Source of the DNA: Actinomycetota bacterium
GTDB taxonomy: Bacteria; Actinomycetota; Actinomycetes; S36-B12; UBA5976
Assembly: GCA_947452755.1 (NCBI GenBank)
Contig: CANGDT010000001.1
Coordinates: forward strand, 43,217 to 107,216
Length of the DNA: 64,000 nt
Reading direction: 5' to 3'
Under the pieces are notes generated by a model. That model was not told the origin of the DNA. It was given only the letters and a program-made list of their open reading frames with translations, and made no database searches. Of this stretch, positions 48,698 through 56,611 are shown in pieces; within the stretch, counting starts at the first letter, position 1; each line of letters begins with the position of its first letter. The position numbers and the translations under genes were made by a program.

Positions 48698-49765
48698 TTA
48701 GAACGCCCTTTGGGTTGCAATACGAACAAGTTCAGTGAGAGCTTCGCGAGCATCATTGGCAATCAGTGGGGTAGCCAAGGCAGCGACTGCGCGCGCGGTC
48801 ATTTCTTCAATGCGCGTTTCGACCGCAGCCAACGCTCCGCAGTCAACGAGGCGTGCACTGATATCGCTGATGTGGTCAGAGGTGATTGAAGGGTTTCCAA
48901 GGTGGTCTGTCAAAAGTGAGCGAAGCTGGTCGTCGCCTAATTCGCGTCCGTATGCAACCAAGACGGTTTCTTTTCCTTCGCGCAAGTCGTCACCCGTTGG
49001 TTTGCCAGTTGTCTTTTGATCGCCAAAAACTCCGAGCACGTCATCACGAAGTTGGAATGCTTCGCCTAATGCCAACCCGTAACTGCTGAGCGCTTCATTG
49101 AGTTCCGTTGGGGCATCTCCGATAGCAGCGCCGAGTAACAAAGGTCGTTCGATTGTGTATTTTGCGCTCTTGAAGCGAATCACGTTCGTTGCGCGCTCAA
49201 CGGTCGTGTTTCCTCGCACTTGTTCAAGCAGATCGAGATACTGACCAGCCATAAGTTCCGTACGCATCACGTCATAAACAGTTTTGGCACGTGTGACCTC
49301 GTCGATAGCCAGACCAGATGTCAGCAACAGTTCATCAGCCCAGGAGAGCGCAAGGTCACCAATCAAAATTGCTGCACCTTCACCAAATTTGAGTGCATCA
49401 CCGCGCCACTGACCATGCTCGTGAAGTGCCTGAAATTGTTTGTGTGTCGAAGGGTTTCCGCGCCGTGTGTCGCTGCTGTCCATGACGTCGTCGTGGATCA
49501 GCGCACACGCTTGGAGGAATTCAAGTCCCGCGCAGGCTCGAACGAGTGCATCGGAATCTTCGCCGCCAGTTGCGCGGTAACCCCAGTAGGCGAATGCGGG
49601 ACGTAGGCGCTTACCGCCGGAAATTAGTTGCGTGAGCGATACGGCAAGAACAGATACATCTGGTGAAATCGCATCGAGCATCGGTCGCCGAGCGTCGACA
49701 AATTCTGACAACGTCGATTCAATCCTGGCACGCAGGTCATTGTGGTCTAGCGGATTGATGGACAC
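48698..49765 (-). CDS. crtE: Polyprenyl (geranylgeranyl) diphosphate synthase
   Basis: First and second Asp-rich motifs LIHDDVMDSS and FQLRDDVLG. It is directly upstream of crtI and corresponds positionally to mycobacterial idsA2. Confidence 0.88.
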   Translation of the reverse strand: MSINPLDHNDLRARIESTLSEFVDARRPMLDAISPDVSVLAVSLTQLISGGKRLRPAFAYWGYRATGGEDSDALVRACAGLEFLQACALIHDDVMDSSDTRRGNPSTHKQFQALHEHGQWRGDALKFGEGAAILIGDLALSWADELLLTSGLAIDEVTRAKTVYDVMRTELMAGQYLDLLEQVRGNTTVERATNVIRFKSAKYTIERPLLLGAAIGDAPTELNEALSSYGLALGEAFQLRDDVLGVFGDQKTTGKPTGDDLREGKETVLVAYGRELGDDQLRSLLTDHLGNPSITSDHISDISARLVDCGALAAVETRIEEMTARAVAALATPLIANDAREALTELVRIATQRAF

Positions 49766-49833
49766 CCTTTTAGGTTATTGGTTAAGGCGGTTCATTGCAC
49801 GGTGGGCGTTCGTTAATGCGACAGGATGACCGT

Positions 49834-50514
49834 ATGAGTGTTGTTTTGTCCCGTGCCGAATACTTTGCGATGTGGTCGCAACTCCACGGCGGAATTCAGC
49901 CTCGCGGTGTCGTACGAGGCTGGTTGAGCCTGGCTCATTTTCTTGCTCGACCATTCTTCAGGCTCTCACCAAATGCAATCTCGTCATTTTCAGTAGTTGT
50001 TGCTGTAGCAGTGGCAGTTCATGTTCGGGATGGCAACCACCTGCTCGCGCTAGATGCGTTGTTAGTGGTCGCCATTGGGATGTTAGACAGCCTCGATGGT
50101 GTCGTTGCCGTGTGCACGGATCGGGTGACGCGATGGGGCGCAGTGCTGGATTCCATTGCGGATCGCACTGTCGATTTCCTTCTTGTCGTGATGTTGGTTC
50201 GCGTAGGAGCGTCGATACCGCTAGCAGCAATAGCGCTCACTGCCTCGTTTGTCCTTGAATACATGCGTGCTCGAGCTCAAGGTTTAGGCGTAACCGAAGT
50301 CACTGTGATTACTGCCGGTGAAAAGCCAACCCGCATCATTATTGTTGCCATGTTTTTACTTGCGTGCGGTGTGATTCCTGATCACTGGCAGTTACTCAGC
50401 GAAATCGCAATCTGCGTGTGGTTGACCGTTTCAGCAATTGGTGTCGTTCAACTAATGCGGGATTACAAGAAAGTTTTAAGCTCGCCCGATGTGCGTGGCC
50501 ACAATCTCGGCTGA
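49834..50514 (+). CDS. CDP-alcohol phosphatidyltransferase (PgsA1 / phosphatidylinositol-phosphate-synthase-like)
   Basis: Signature DSLDGVVAV-x8-GAVLDSIADR (D-x2-DG-x2-A[R->V]...G-x3-D-x3-D). YMRARAQGLG and EKPTRIIIV resemble my recollection of mycobacterial PgsA1. The start is uncertain (49795, 49816 or 49834). Confidence 0.75.
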   Translation: MSVVLSRAEYFAMWSQLHGGIQPRGVVRGWLSLAHFLARPFFRLSPNAISSFSVVVAVAVAVHVRDGNHLLALDALLVVAIGMLDSLDGVVAVCTDRVTRWGAVLDSIADRTVDFLLVVMLVRVGASIPLAAIALTASFVLEYMRARAQGLGVTEVTVITAGEKPTRIIIVAMFLLACGVIPDHWQLLSEIAICVWLTVSAIGVVQLMRDYKKVLSSPDVRGHNLG

Positions 50515-51966
50515 CATGCCAACCAGCGGAAGTCCGCCGCCTGGGTGAGACGAGCCGCCGACCAGGTACAGATTTTTAATTGCGGTGACATTTCGCGGAC
50601 GAAGGAATGCAGACATCGCACCGTTGCTCGACGAACCATAGATTGCTCCGCCAGGTGCCATTGTGCGGCCTTCAAGGTCTGCTGGACTGATGGATTCATG
50701 CCATGTCATTCGTGCGCGTGAACCAGGCAAACGACGTTCTATTGAGTCAAGTACGAGTTCGGAATAATGGGCATGCTCCTTTGTCCAGTTGACACCGTGA
50801 TCAACATCGTGTCGTGGGGCATTAACGAGCACAAACCACGACTCAGTGTTTTCTGGCGCCATCGCTGTGTCTTTTGGAGAGCAAATGTAAATCGTAGGGT
50901 CGGGAACAGGGCGTGGAGACGAGCTAGTTCCAAAGATGCTGTCGAATTCATTGTCGTAATCCGCGGGGAAAAACACATTGTGATGCTCAAGTTCGTCATT
51001 GACGCCATCTAATGCTGCCAACACGACGAACCCGCTCAGGGAGGGTGTTGCCCTCTGAAGTCGGTGCACGTCTCGGGACGAGGCATCGAGCGCAGTGTCA
51101 TTAAGCAAGGATGAATACACCTGAGCAGCATCACAATTTGCAACGACAATGTCGGCCGGAACGTGGGTGCCGTTTGCTAATTCGATACCAGTAACGCGCT
51201 CATTCGTCGTGATTTTTTCAACGGTCTGGTTGAAATGGAAGTTCACGCCAATCTCGGTACAACGTTCAAATAGCGCGCGACCTAATTCACGAAGCCCTCC
51301 GGCAACGTGGTACGCGCCAAACGTTTGCTCTATGTACGGGACGGTCGCTAGTGCCGCTGGTGCTTGCCGCGGATCTGATCCTGTGTACGTTGCGTAGCGA
51401 TCCACAAGTGTGACCAATCGTGGATCCGAAAAGTAGTGCTCTGAAAGAGAGCGCAACGTTCGACCTGGTGAAATTGTCACCAAGTCATTTACCCGCCAGG
51501 ACAACTTCAGCAAACTCTTCATCCCGTTGAGTGGTGATTCCAAGAACGGTCGACGAGTCGCGGCCCACATCTTGGCGGCACGCGCCATGAATGCTCGCCA
51601 CTCATCAGCAGAATTTCCGCCGAGCGCATCCCCGATAGCTTCAGCGCAACTACCTATTCCTGTACCTGGCATCTTGAGCACTGTGCCATCGGCAAACTGG
51701 TACCTGAAAGCGGTATCAAGGTCCACTATCTCAATTGAGTCCTCAATGGCTCGGCCGGTCTTCAGGAACAGGTCGCGATATACGGCTGGCAAAGTGAGCA
51801 GACTAGGGCCGGTATCAAATTTGTGCTCACCATGGCTGACGTGGCCAAGCTTGCCACCCCAGGTGTCCGAATGTTCGTAAACATTGACTGTATGACCCTT
51901 GGCTGCAAGCCTTGCGGCAGTAGCCATCCCACCCATGCCTGCACCAATGATTACTACGGTCGCCAC
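50476..51966 (-). CDS. CrtI-family carotenoid desaturase paralogue (CrtD-like, putative 3,4-desaturase)
   Basis: VVIIGAGMGGMATAARLAAKGHTVNVYE and the C-terminal LYLVGGSSHPGGGLPLVGMSAEIVA are typical of the phytoene-desaturase family. The CrtD role is inferred only from the CruF-like neighbour. Confidence 0.7.
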   Translation of the reverse strand: MATVVIIGAGMGGMATAARLAAKGHTVNVYEHSDTWGGKLGHVSHGEHKFDTGPSLLTLPAVYRDLFLKTGRAIEDSIEIVDLDTAFRYQFADGTVLKMPGTGIGSCAEAIGDALGGNSADEWRAFMARAAKMWAATRRPFLESPLNGMKSLLKLSWRVNDLVTISPGRTLRSLSEHYFSDPRLVTLVDRYATYTGSDPRQAPAALATVPYIEQTFGAYHVAGGLRELGRALFERCTEIGVNFHFNQTVEKITTNERVTGIELANGTHVPADIVVANCDAAQVYSSLLNDTALDASSRDVHRLQRATPSLSGFVVLAALDGVNDELEHHNVFFPADYDNEFDSIFGTSSSPRPVPDPTIYICSPKDTAMAPENTESWFVLVNAPRHDVDHGVNWTKEHAHYSELVLDSIERRLPGSRARMTWHESISPADLEGRTMAPGGAIYGSSSNGAMSAFLRPRNVTAIKNLYLVGGSSHPGGGLPLVGMSAEIVATHIGRA

Positions 51967-51975
51967 AGCACAACC

Positions 51976-53082
51976 TTAAGGCGCATCAACGGTACGACCC
52001 TTCCAGGTATTTGTCTTTCGTAGGTGGCGCGCCCACGACACGCAATTGAGCCAAGCGAAAGCAACTATCGACACTGAATGGAAAAACGCGTCAGGGAGAA
52101 CCCGTTGCTGAGTCTTGCGGGCAACAAACCACCGACCATATTCACCACAGAGCAATGCAAGTACGGCGATGTCTCGATCGGGTCCGAATAGGCTGACGAG
52201 AGGGAAACTGTAGACGAATAGCAAAAATGCGTTAACAGCAATTGAGCCAACTGGACCGCCGAATGCCTTCCAGAGGCTCTTGCTATATCCGTCAACGAGT
52301 GCGCGATTGCTGTCATACATTTCGCAAGTTGCTAATGTCGTGCCATTAGCAACAGTGCCATGGAAACCGTGACGAAGAAATGAACGTAGCAGTTCGATGT
52401 CATCGAGAATGCAGTCTTTGATGCCTTCATGTCCGCCAGCTTCGAGGTAGGCGTCACGGCGACACACGATGAACTGGCCGTTTGCAACCGCAAAGCTTGG
52501 TCGCATACTCGTGCGCGCTTTTTTGAGTGGCACGGTTGTGAGAAATGACCACTGGAGGAGTGGTTGAACGAGTCGAGTGAGCCAAGTATTTGCAATCTGT
52601 CGGGGATAGGGGCTGATGAACTCCAGGTCCGAGTTATTCATTGTGGTGATTGCTGATGCAACTGCGTGCGGTTCGAGAGTGACATCCGAATCAATGAACA
52701 CCAGGTATTCGGCCGATGATTGCTGAGCTAAACGATGACATGCCCAATTTTTTCCGAGCCATCCCGACGGTAATTCATCTTGCGTGTTGACAATCGTTAT
52801 TGCGTCACCGAACTCCACTAATTTCTCAAGTGTGCGATCGGTTGATTGATCATTGAGGACTCGTACCGCACAACTTGCCAATGACGTTTGGCCGAGTGCG
52901 GATGTCACTGCTTGTGAAATGGTGACTTCTTCGTTTCGGGCAGGAATCAAAATATCAACCGATGAATGCAGCAAAGTGCCTTCTGTAATTTGAGTGGGCT
53001 CAATAAACCCTGACAAGTTGAACAGTGTGAAGACAGTGAGCGCCCACGAAACAACTAGCGCAGCGATGAGCGCGTCATGCAT
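51976..53082 (-). CDS. Family 2 glycosyltransferase (CruC-like, putative carotenoid glycosyltransferase)
   Basis: GT2 N-terminal block ILIPARNEE...LNDQSTDRT and a DxD motif FIDSDV, with N- and C-terminal TM segments. It lies inside the carotenoid tailoring operon. Confidence 0.7.
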   Translation of the reverse strand: MHDALIAALVVSWALTVFTLFNLSGFIEPTQITEGTLLHSSVDILIPARNEEVTISQAVTSALGQTSLASCAVRVLNDQSTDRTLEKLVEFGDAITIVNTQDELPSGWLGKNWACHRLAQQSSAEYLVFIDSDVTLEPHAVASAITTMNNSDLEFISPYPRQIANTWLTRLVQPLLQWSFLTTVPLKKARTSMRPSFAVANGQFIVCRRDAYLEAGGHEGIKDCILDDIELLRSFLRHGFHGTVANGTTLATCEMYDSNRALVDGYSKSLWKAFGGPVGSIAVNAFLLFVYSFPLVSLFGPDRDIAVLALLCGEYGRWFVARKTQQRVLPDAFFHSVSIVAFAWLNCVSWARHLRKTNTWKGRTVDAP

Positions 53083-53842
53083 GGCTGCGCGCCTTCTGAA
53101 TTTTGAGGTTCAGTGGCACCATGACAGTTCCCATCGCGGCAAATCCAGCCAGTGCGACATGTGGTCGATTGAGGAATGGCGAGAACCACACTGCGTGAGC
53201 GAGCGCTCCGCCTAACCATGTCCACATCAGCATGATGAAAGGAATCGTGTTGTTCCACTGTGGCTTCCCGGCAGCCAAAATACGCAGCGCAATCCAACCT
53301 ATGAGTGCAGACGTAATAAACCATCCTGCGTAATTGTGGAGTGGAATTGCGTTCACTTCGAATCCGCTGTGATTCCACGCCCAATAGTTTTCGTTTGTCA
53401 TCTGTGGGTCCAGATAGAAATCCCAGCCCGTCATCAATGCAGCAACGATTGAAACTTTCATGACTGTGGTCTCGGCCAGGTAACTTGCCGCAAGCGCGCA
53501 TGGGTAAATCATCATGAACCAGGCAAGTGGAATAAGGATCGGTACTCCACCAATGACGGGACCGAGGGCATTTCCGTACGCGTAGTGACCAAAAAGCGCG
53601 CCTGAATGCACACCAATAAATTCAACGACAAATGTCAACGCGAGGACCGAGGCAATCAATCGCAGTGTGATGCTGCGTCCAAAATTCACCCAGCAATGTA
53701 TTGCGCTGACTGCAGTAAATGCCAGCACGCCTATAACTGTGATGACAGCACGTGCATCTCCATGGCTGAGTGGCCAGGCGATGTTGAAGAGTATTGACAA
53801 GATTGCAAAGCTGAGACAATTTCGTTTCAATGTCGATTTCAT
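53075..53842 (-). CDS. Carotenoid biosynthesis membrane protein (CruF / Caroten_synth-like, putative 1,2-hydratase)
   Basis: Seven to eight TM segments with GALFGHYAYGNALGP..GGVPILIPLAWFMMIYP and DPQM...WAW...PLHNYAGWF. This fits the pattern I recall for the PF04240 family. 8-bp overlap with GT2 and 4-bp overlap with the CrtA-like gene. Confidence 0.6.
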   Translation of the reverse strand: MKSTLKRNCLSFAILSILFNIAWPLSHGDARAVITVIGVLAFTAVSAIHCWVNFGRSITLRLIASVLALTFVVEFIGVHSGALFGHYAYGNALGPVIGGVPILIPLAWFMMIYPCALAASYLAETTVMKVSIVAALMTGWDFYLDPQMTNENYWAWNHSGFEVNAIPLHNYAGWFITSALIGWIALRILAAGKPQWNNTIPFIMLMWTWLGGALAHAVWFSPFLNRPHVALAGFAAMGTVMVPLNLKIQKARSHA

Positions 53843-54537
53843 AGCGCATCAAAATCCACATCTTTGTACGTACCTGTTGCACCGATTACTTTGAAGCGGG
53901 CAAACAGCTCTTCTTTGTACCAACCTGTCTCATGGGTGCGACGAATGACATCGCGGTGAGGCTGTTGTTTGATTGCAAAATTGGAAATACTTTCATTGGA
54001 ACTCCACACGCTAAAAGTTCCTTGCAAACCAACGGGAGCTTCACCAATTCCGAGGCTCGTAATTAAGCCGGGAGTGTTGTTGAGATCAATGGCAACAGGG
54101 GGGACACTCTTCCAAAATTGCCGCCACCAACGTACTTTGATGTTCGCTCGAGTAAGTGCGGCAGTCAAGCCATTCCAAGTGGGATCTGGGTGTGCATTGA
54201 AAGGTTCGTAGCCACCCCATTGACCTTTGCTCGAAAGTGGCTCGAGAACTAGTTGAGCATGTGCGGTGGCAATGGAGTTCCATTGGGCGGCAGCATTCGA
54301 CTGTGCAAACTGGGCAGGTCCCGTGATGGAATTCCAGGCTGTGAGGACAACCCAGTGTGTCGTGTCGGCGTCACGAATTGTGAAGGTGCGTCCCGAGCCA
54401 GTGCCAAGGAGTTTGAAAAATGTCACGTTTGGCATTTTGCGCAATGTGCGCCGCTGTCGAGCCATATTGAGAAGGGCACGTAAAACTGAAGTTCTCTTGA
54501 TGCGCCACACATCAATACAAATAACAGATGACCCCAT
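53839..54537 (-). CDS. Spheroidene-monooxygenase (CrtA)-like protein
   Basis: FFKLLGTGSGRTFT, LTRANIKVRWWRQFW, IGEAPVGLQGTFSVW and GWYKEELFARFKVIGATGTY parallel my recollection of Rhodobacter CrtA. The start is MGSSVICIDVW (54537); 54555 is an alternative. Confidence 0.6.
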   Translation of the reverse strand: MGSSVICIDVWRIKRTSVLRALLNMARQRRTLRKMPNVTFFKLLGTGSGRTFTIRDADTTHWVVLTAWNSITGPAQFAQSNAAAQWNSIATAHAQLVLEPLSSKGQWGGYEPFNAHPDPTWNGLTAALTRANIKVRWWRQFWKSVPPVAIDLNNTPGLITSLGIGEAPVGLQGTFSVWSSNESISNFAIKQQPHRDVIRRTHETGWYKEELFARFKVIGATGTYKDVDFDAL

Positions 54538-54541
54538 GGTC

Positions 54542-55060
54542 CTAGTCTGTCGCAACGGCTGACGGAGTGCCTAACGTGAGTTGCACCAGTTGTGTGAACG
54601 AAGTAGGGAAGACTGCGTGTGTGTGGCCTGCGGCGGCCCATACTTCGGTGTAATTCTCCAGTGCCGAGTCAACGAGTGTGCGTGGCTGATAGGGAAGCCC
54701 CTCATGAAGCCAACCAACTGGACTCACACCACCGATTGCAAATCCACTCCAAGTACGCACGAAATCCGCATCTGCGCGACCTAACTTTCCAAGGTGATGT
54801 TCGGCTGACACTTTTTCCGTATCAACTCGGTGACGTCCAGACGTCACCACCAACAGCGGAACTTCATGGCCTTCATGCGTAATTCGAAAAACAATTGAGG
54901 AGGCAATTTGACCTACTTCGATGCCAAGAGCATTGGCGGCATCAACTGCTGTGCGCGCAGAGTCACTCAAATGCGTAATGGGTGTCTCTGTCGATCCCAG
55001 AAAAGACTCGAGCACACCGCGCACGCGCTTTATTGACGCATGTTCGGTGTGCTCGGTCAT
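54542..55060 (-). CDS. YbaK/EbsC-family (aminoacyl-tRNA trans-editing-like) domain protein
   Basis: About 172 aa with SARTAVDAANALG...IASSIVF...PLLVVTSGRHRVD...FAIGGVSPVG, the typical YbaK-domain pattern. Confidence 0.7.
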   Translation of the reverse strand: MTEHTEHASIKRVRGVLESFLGSTETPITHLSDSARTAVDAANALGIEVGQIASSIVFRITHEGHEVPLLVVTSGRHRVDTEKVSAEHHLGKLGRADADFVRTWSGFAIGGVSPVGWLHEGLPYQPRTLVDSALENYTEVWAAAGHTHAVFPTSFTQLVQLTLGTPSAVATD

Positions 55061-55088
55061 AGTTCTATGAACTTAGTGCACGCTGTGG

Positions 55089-56441
55089 TTATGCAAGTGC
55101 TTCTTTGAATTGTTGTTCGATGATTGTCAAAGCATCTTCAAGCAAATGTTCAGGCATCACCAAAGGTGGAAGGAATCGCAGGATATTTCCGTAGGTTCCG
55201 GTTGTCAGAACAACAACACCTTCACCATGGCAACCCTTGGCAATCTTGCTGGTTAGTTCAGCATCTGGTTCATGGGTTCCTGGCTTGGTGATTTCAACTG
55301 CAATCATTGCGCCACGTCCACGGACCTCAGCGATAACGCCAGTTTCTTCAGCAATTTTTTCTAGACGAGGTCGCATGATTTCTTCGATGCGAACAGCCTT
55401 TGCGTTCATGTCTTGACTTTCCATCGCCGCGATTGAGCCGAGGGCAGCTGCGCAGGCAATTGGGTTACCACCGTAGGTGCCACCGAGCCCACCTGCATGA
55501 ACACTGTCCATGATTTCAGCGCGACCAGTTACCGCAGCGAGTGGCAGCCCACCAGCGATGCCCTTAGCGGTCGTGATCAAGTCAGGAACAATCCCTTCGT
55601 GCTCTGAAGCAAACCACTTGCCAGTACGGCAGAAGCCAGCCTGAACTTCGTCAGCTACAAAAACAATCCCGTTGTCATTTGCAAACTTCACAATGTCCTT
55701 GAGGAAACCCTCGGCAGGAACAATGAAGCCACCTTCACCTTGTATGGGTTCGATAACAATCGCAGCAATTTGGTCAGCGCCAATTTCCTTGCTCATGCGA
55801 CTGATTGCCTTCGCTGCTGCCTCAGGACCAGAAAGTCCATCGTGCAGCGGGTAGGACATCGGCATGCGATAAATCTCTGGTGAGAACGGACCAAAGCCGG
55901 TCTTGTATGGCGCAGCCTTTGCAGTCATGGCCATTGTCATGTTGGTACGACCGTGGTAACCATGTTCAAAAACAACAACTGCCTGGCGCTTTGTGTAAAC
56001 GCGGGCAATCTTCACTGCGTTTTCAACGGCTTCTGCACCGGAATTGAATAGCGCTGATCGCTTTTCGTGATCACCGGGTGTCAAACGGTTCAGTGCTTCA
56101 CACACCTCTACGTAACCCTCGTACTGAGTCACCATGAAACATGTGTGTGTGAACTTGGCAACCTGCTCAGTGACACGATCGACAACACCTTGGTCCGAGT
56201 TGCCGACTGTTGTTACTGCGATACCCGAGCCCATATCGATAAGTGAGTTGCCATCAATGTCAACGACAACGCCACCTGCGGCACGATCGATGAAAATCGG
56301 CATGGTCGCGCCAACACCAGCGCTGACAGCACCTGTGCGACGCTTCTGCATCTCTACTGATTTTGGACCTGGAATTGCGGTTACAAGGCGGCGCTCTTGT
56401 GCGATGCCATTGACCAATGTGGATGAGTCTGAAGTTGTCAT
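55089..56441 (-). CDS. gabT: 4-aminobutyrate--2-oxoglutarate aminotransferase (class III PLP aminotransferase)
   Basis: [11 protein letters not shown] and the PLP-lysine block [12 protein letters not shown]; 450 aa. Confidence 0.85.
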   Translation of the reverse strand: MTTSDSSTLVNGIAQERRLVTAIPGPKSVEMQKRRTGAVSAGVGATMPIFIDRAAGGVVVDIDGNSLIDMGSGIAVTTVGNSDQGVVDRVTEQVAKFTHTCFMVTQYEGYVEVCEALNRLTPGDHEKRSALFNSGAEAVENAVKIARVYTKRQAVVVFEHGYHGRTNMTMAMTAKAAPYKTGFGPFSPEIYRMPMSYPLHDGLSGPEAAAKAISRMSKEIGADQIAAIVIEPIQGEGGFIVPAEGFLKDIVKFANDNGIVFVADEVQAGFCRTGKWFASEHEGIVPDLITTAKGIAGGLPLAAVTGRAEIMDSVHAGGLGGTYGGNPIACAAALGSIAAMESQDMNAKAVRIEEIMRPRLEKIAEETGVIAEVRGRGAMIAVEITKPGTHEPDAELTSKIAKGCHGEGVVVLTTGTYGNILRFLPPLVMPEHLLEDALTIIEQQFKEALA

Positions 56442-56611
56442 GTCGCCAATGCTAGCCCCTGATCAAGGCAAGAAACCATTCGTATCCGCATAGATTGCAC
56501 CAGTCAAAATGTGACCTTGATTATGTGAATCGTGAATGAGTTACGTCACACCCTGCTGCGAAACCTCACATGGGTTTTTGCCCAGCGACACAGCGGGCGT
56601 AACGTAGGGGC

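Noticed and set aside
53075-53842. Possibility that this membrane protein is a Blh/Brp beta-carotene 15,15'-dioxygenase (retinal synthesis)
   Set aside because: The sequence pattern (FGHYAYG..LGP..GVPILIPLAW, DPQM..W.W, HNYAGW) fits my recollection of the CruF/Caroten_synth family better than Blh. Its operon partners are psi-end tailoring enzymes. This remains unverified without an HMM search.
56442-56611. Inverted repeat gtgacc...cgtcac in the gabT/ALDH divergent region as a regulator binding site
   Set aside because: The half-sites are only 5-6 bp with a long 27-bp spacer, and no regulator gene lies nearby, so it is not distinguishable from chance.
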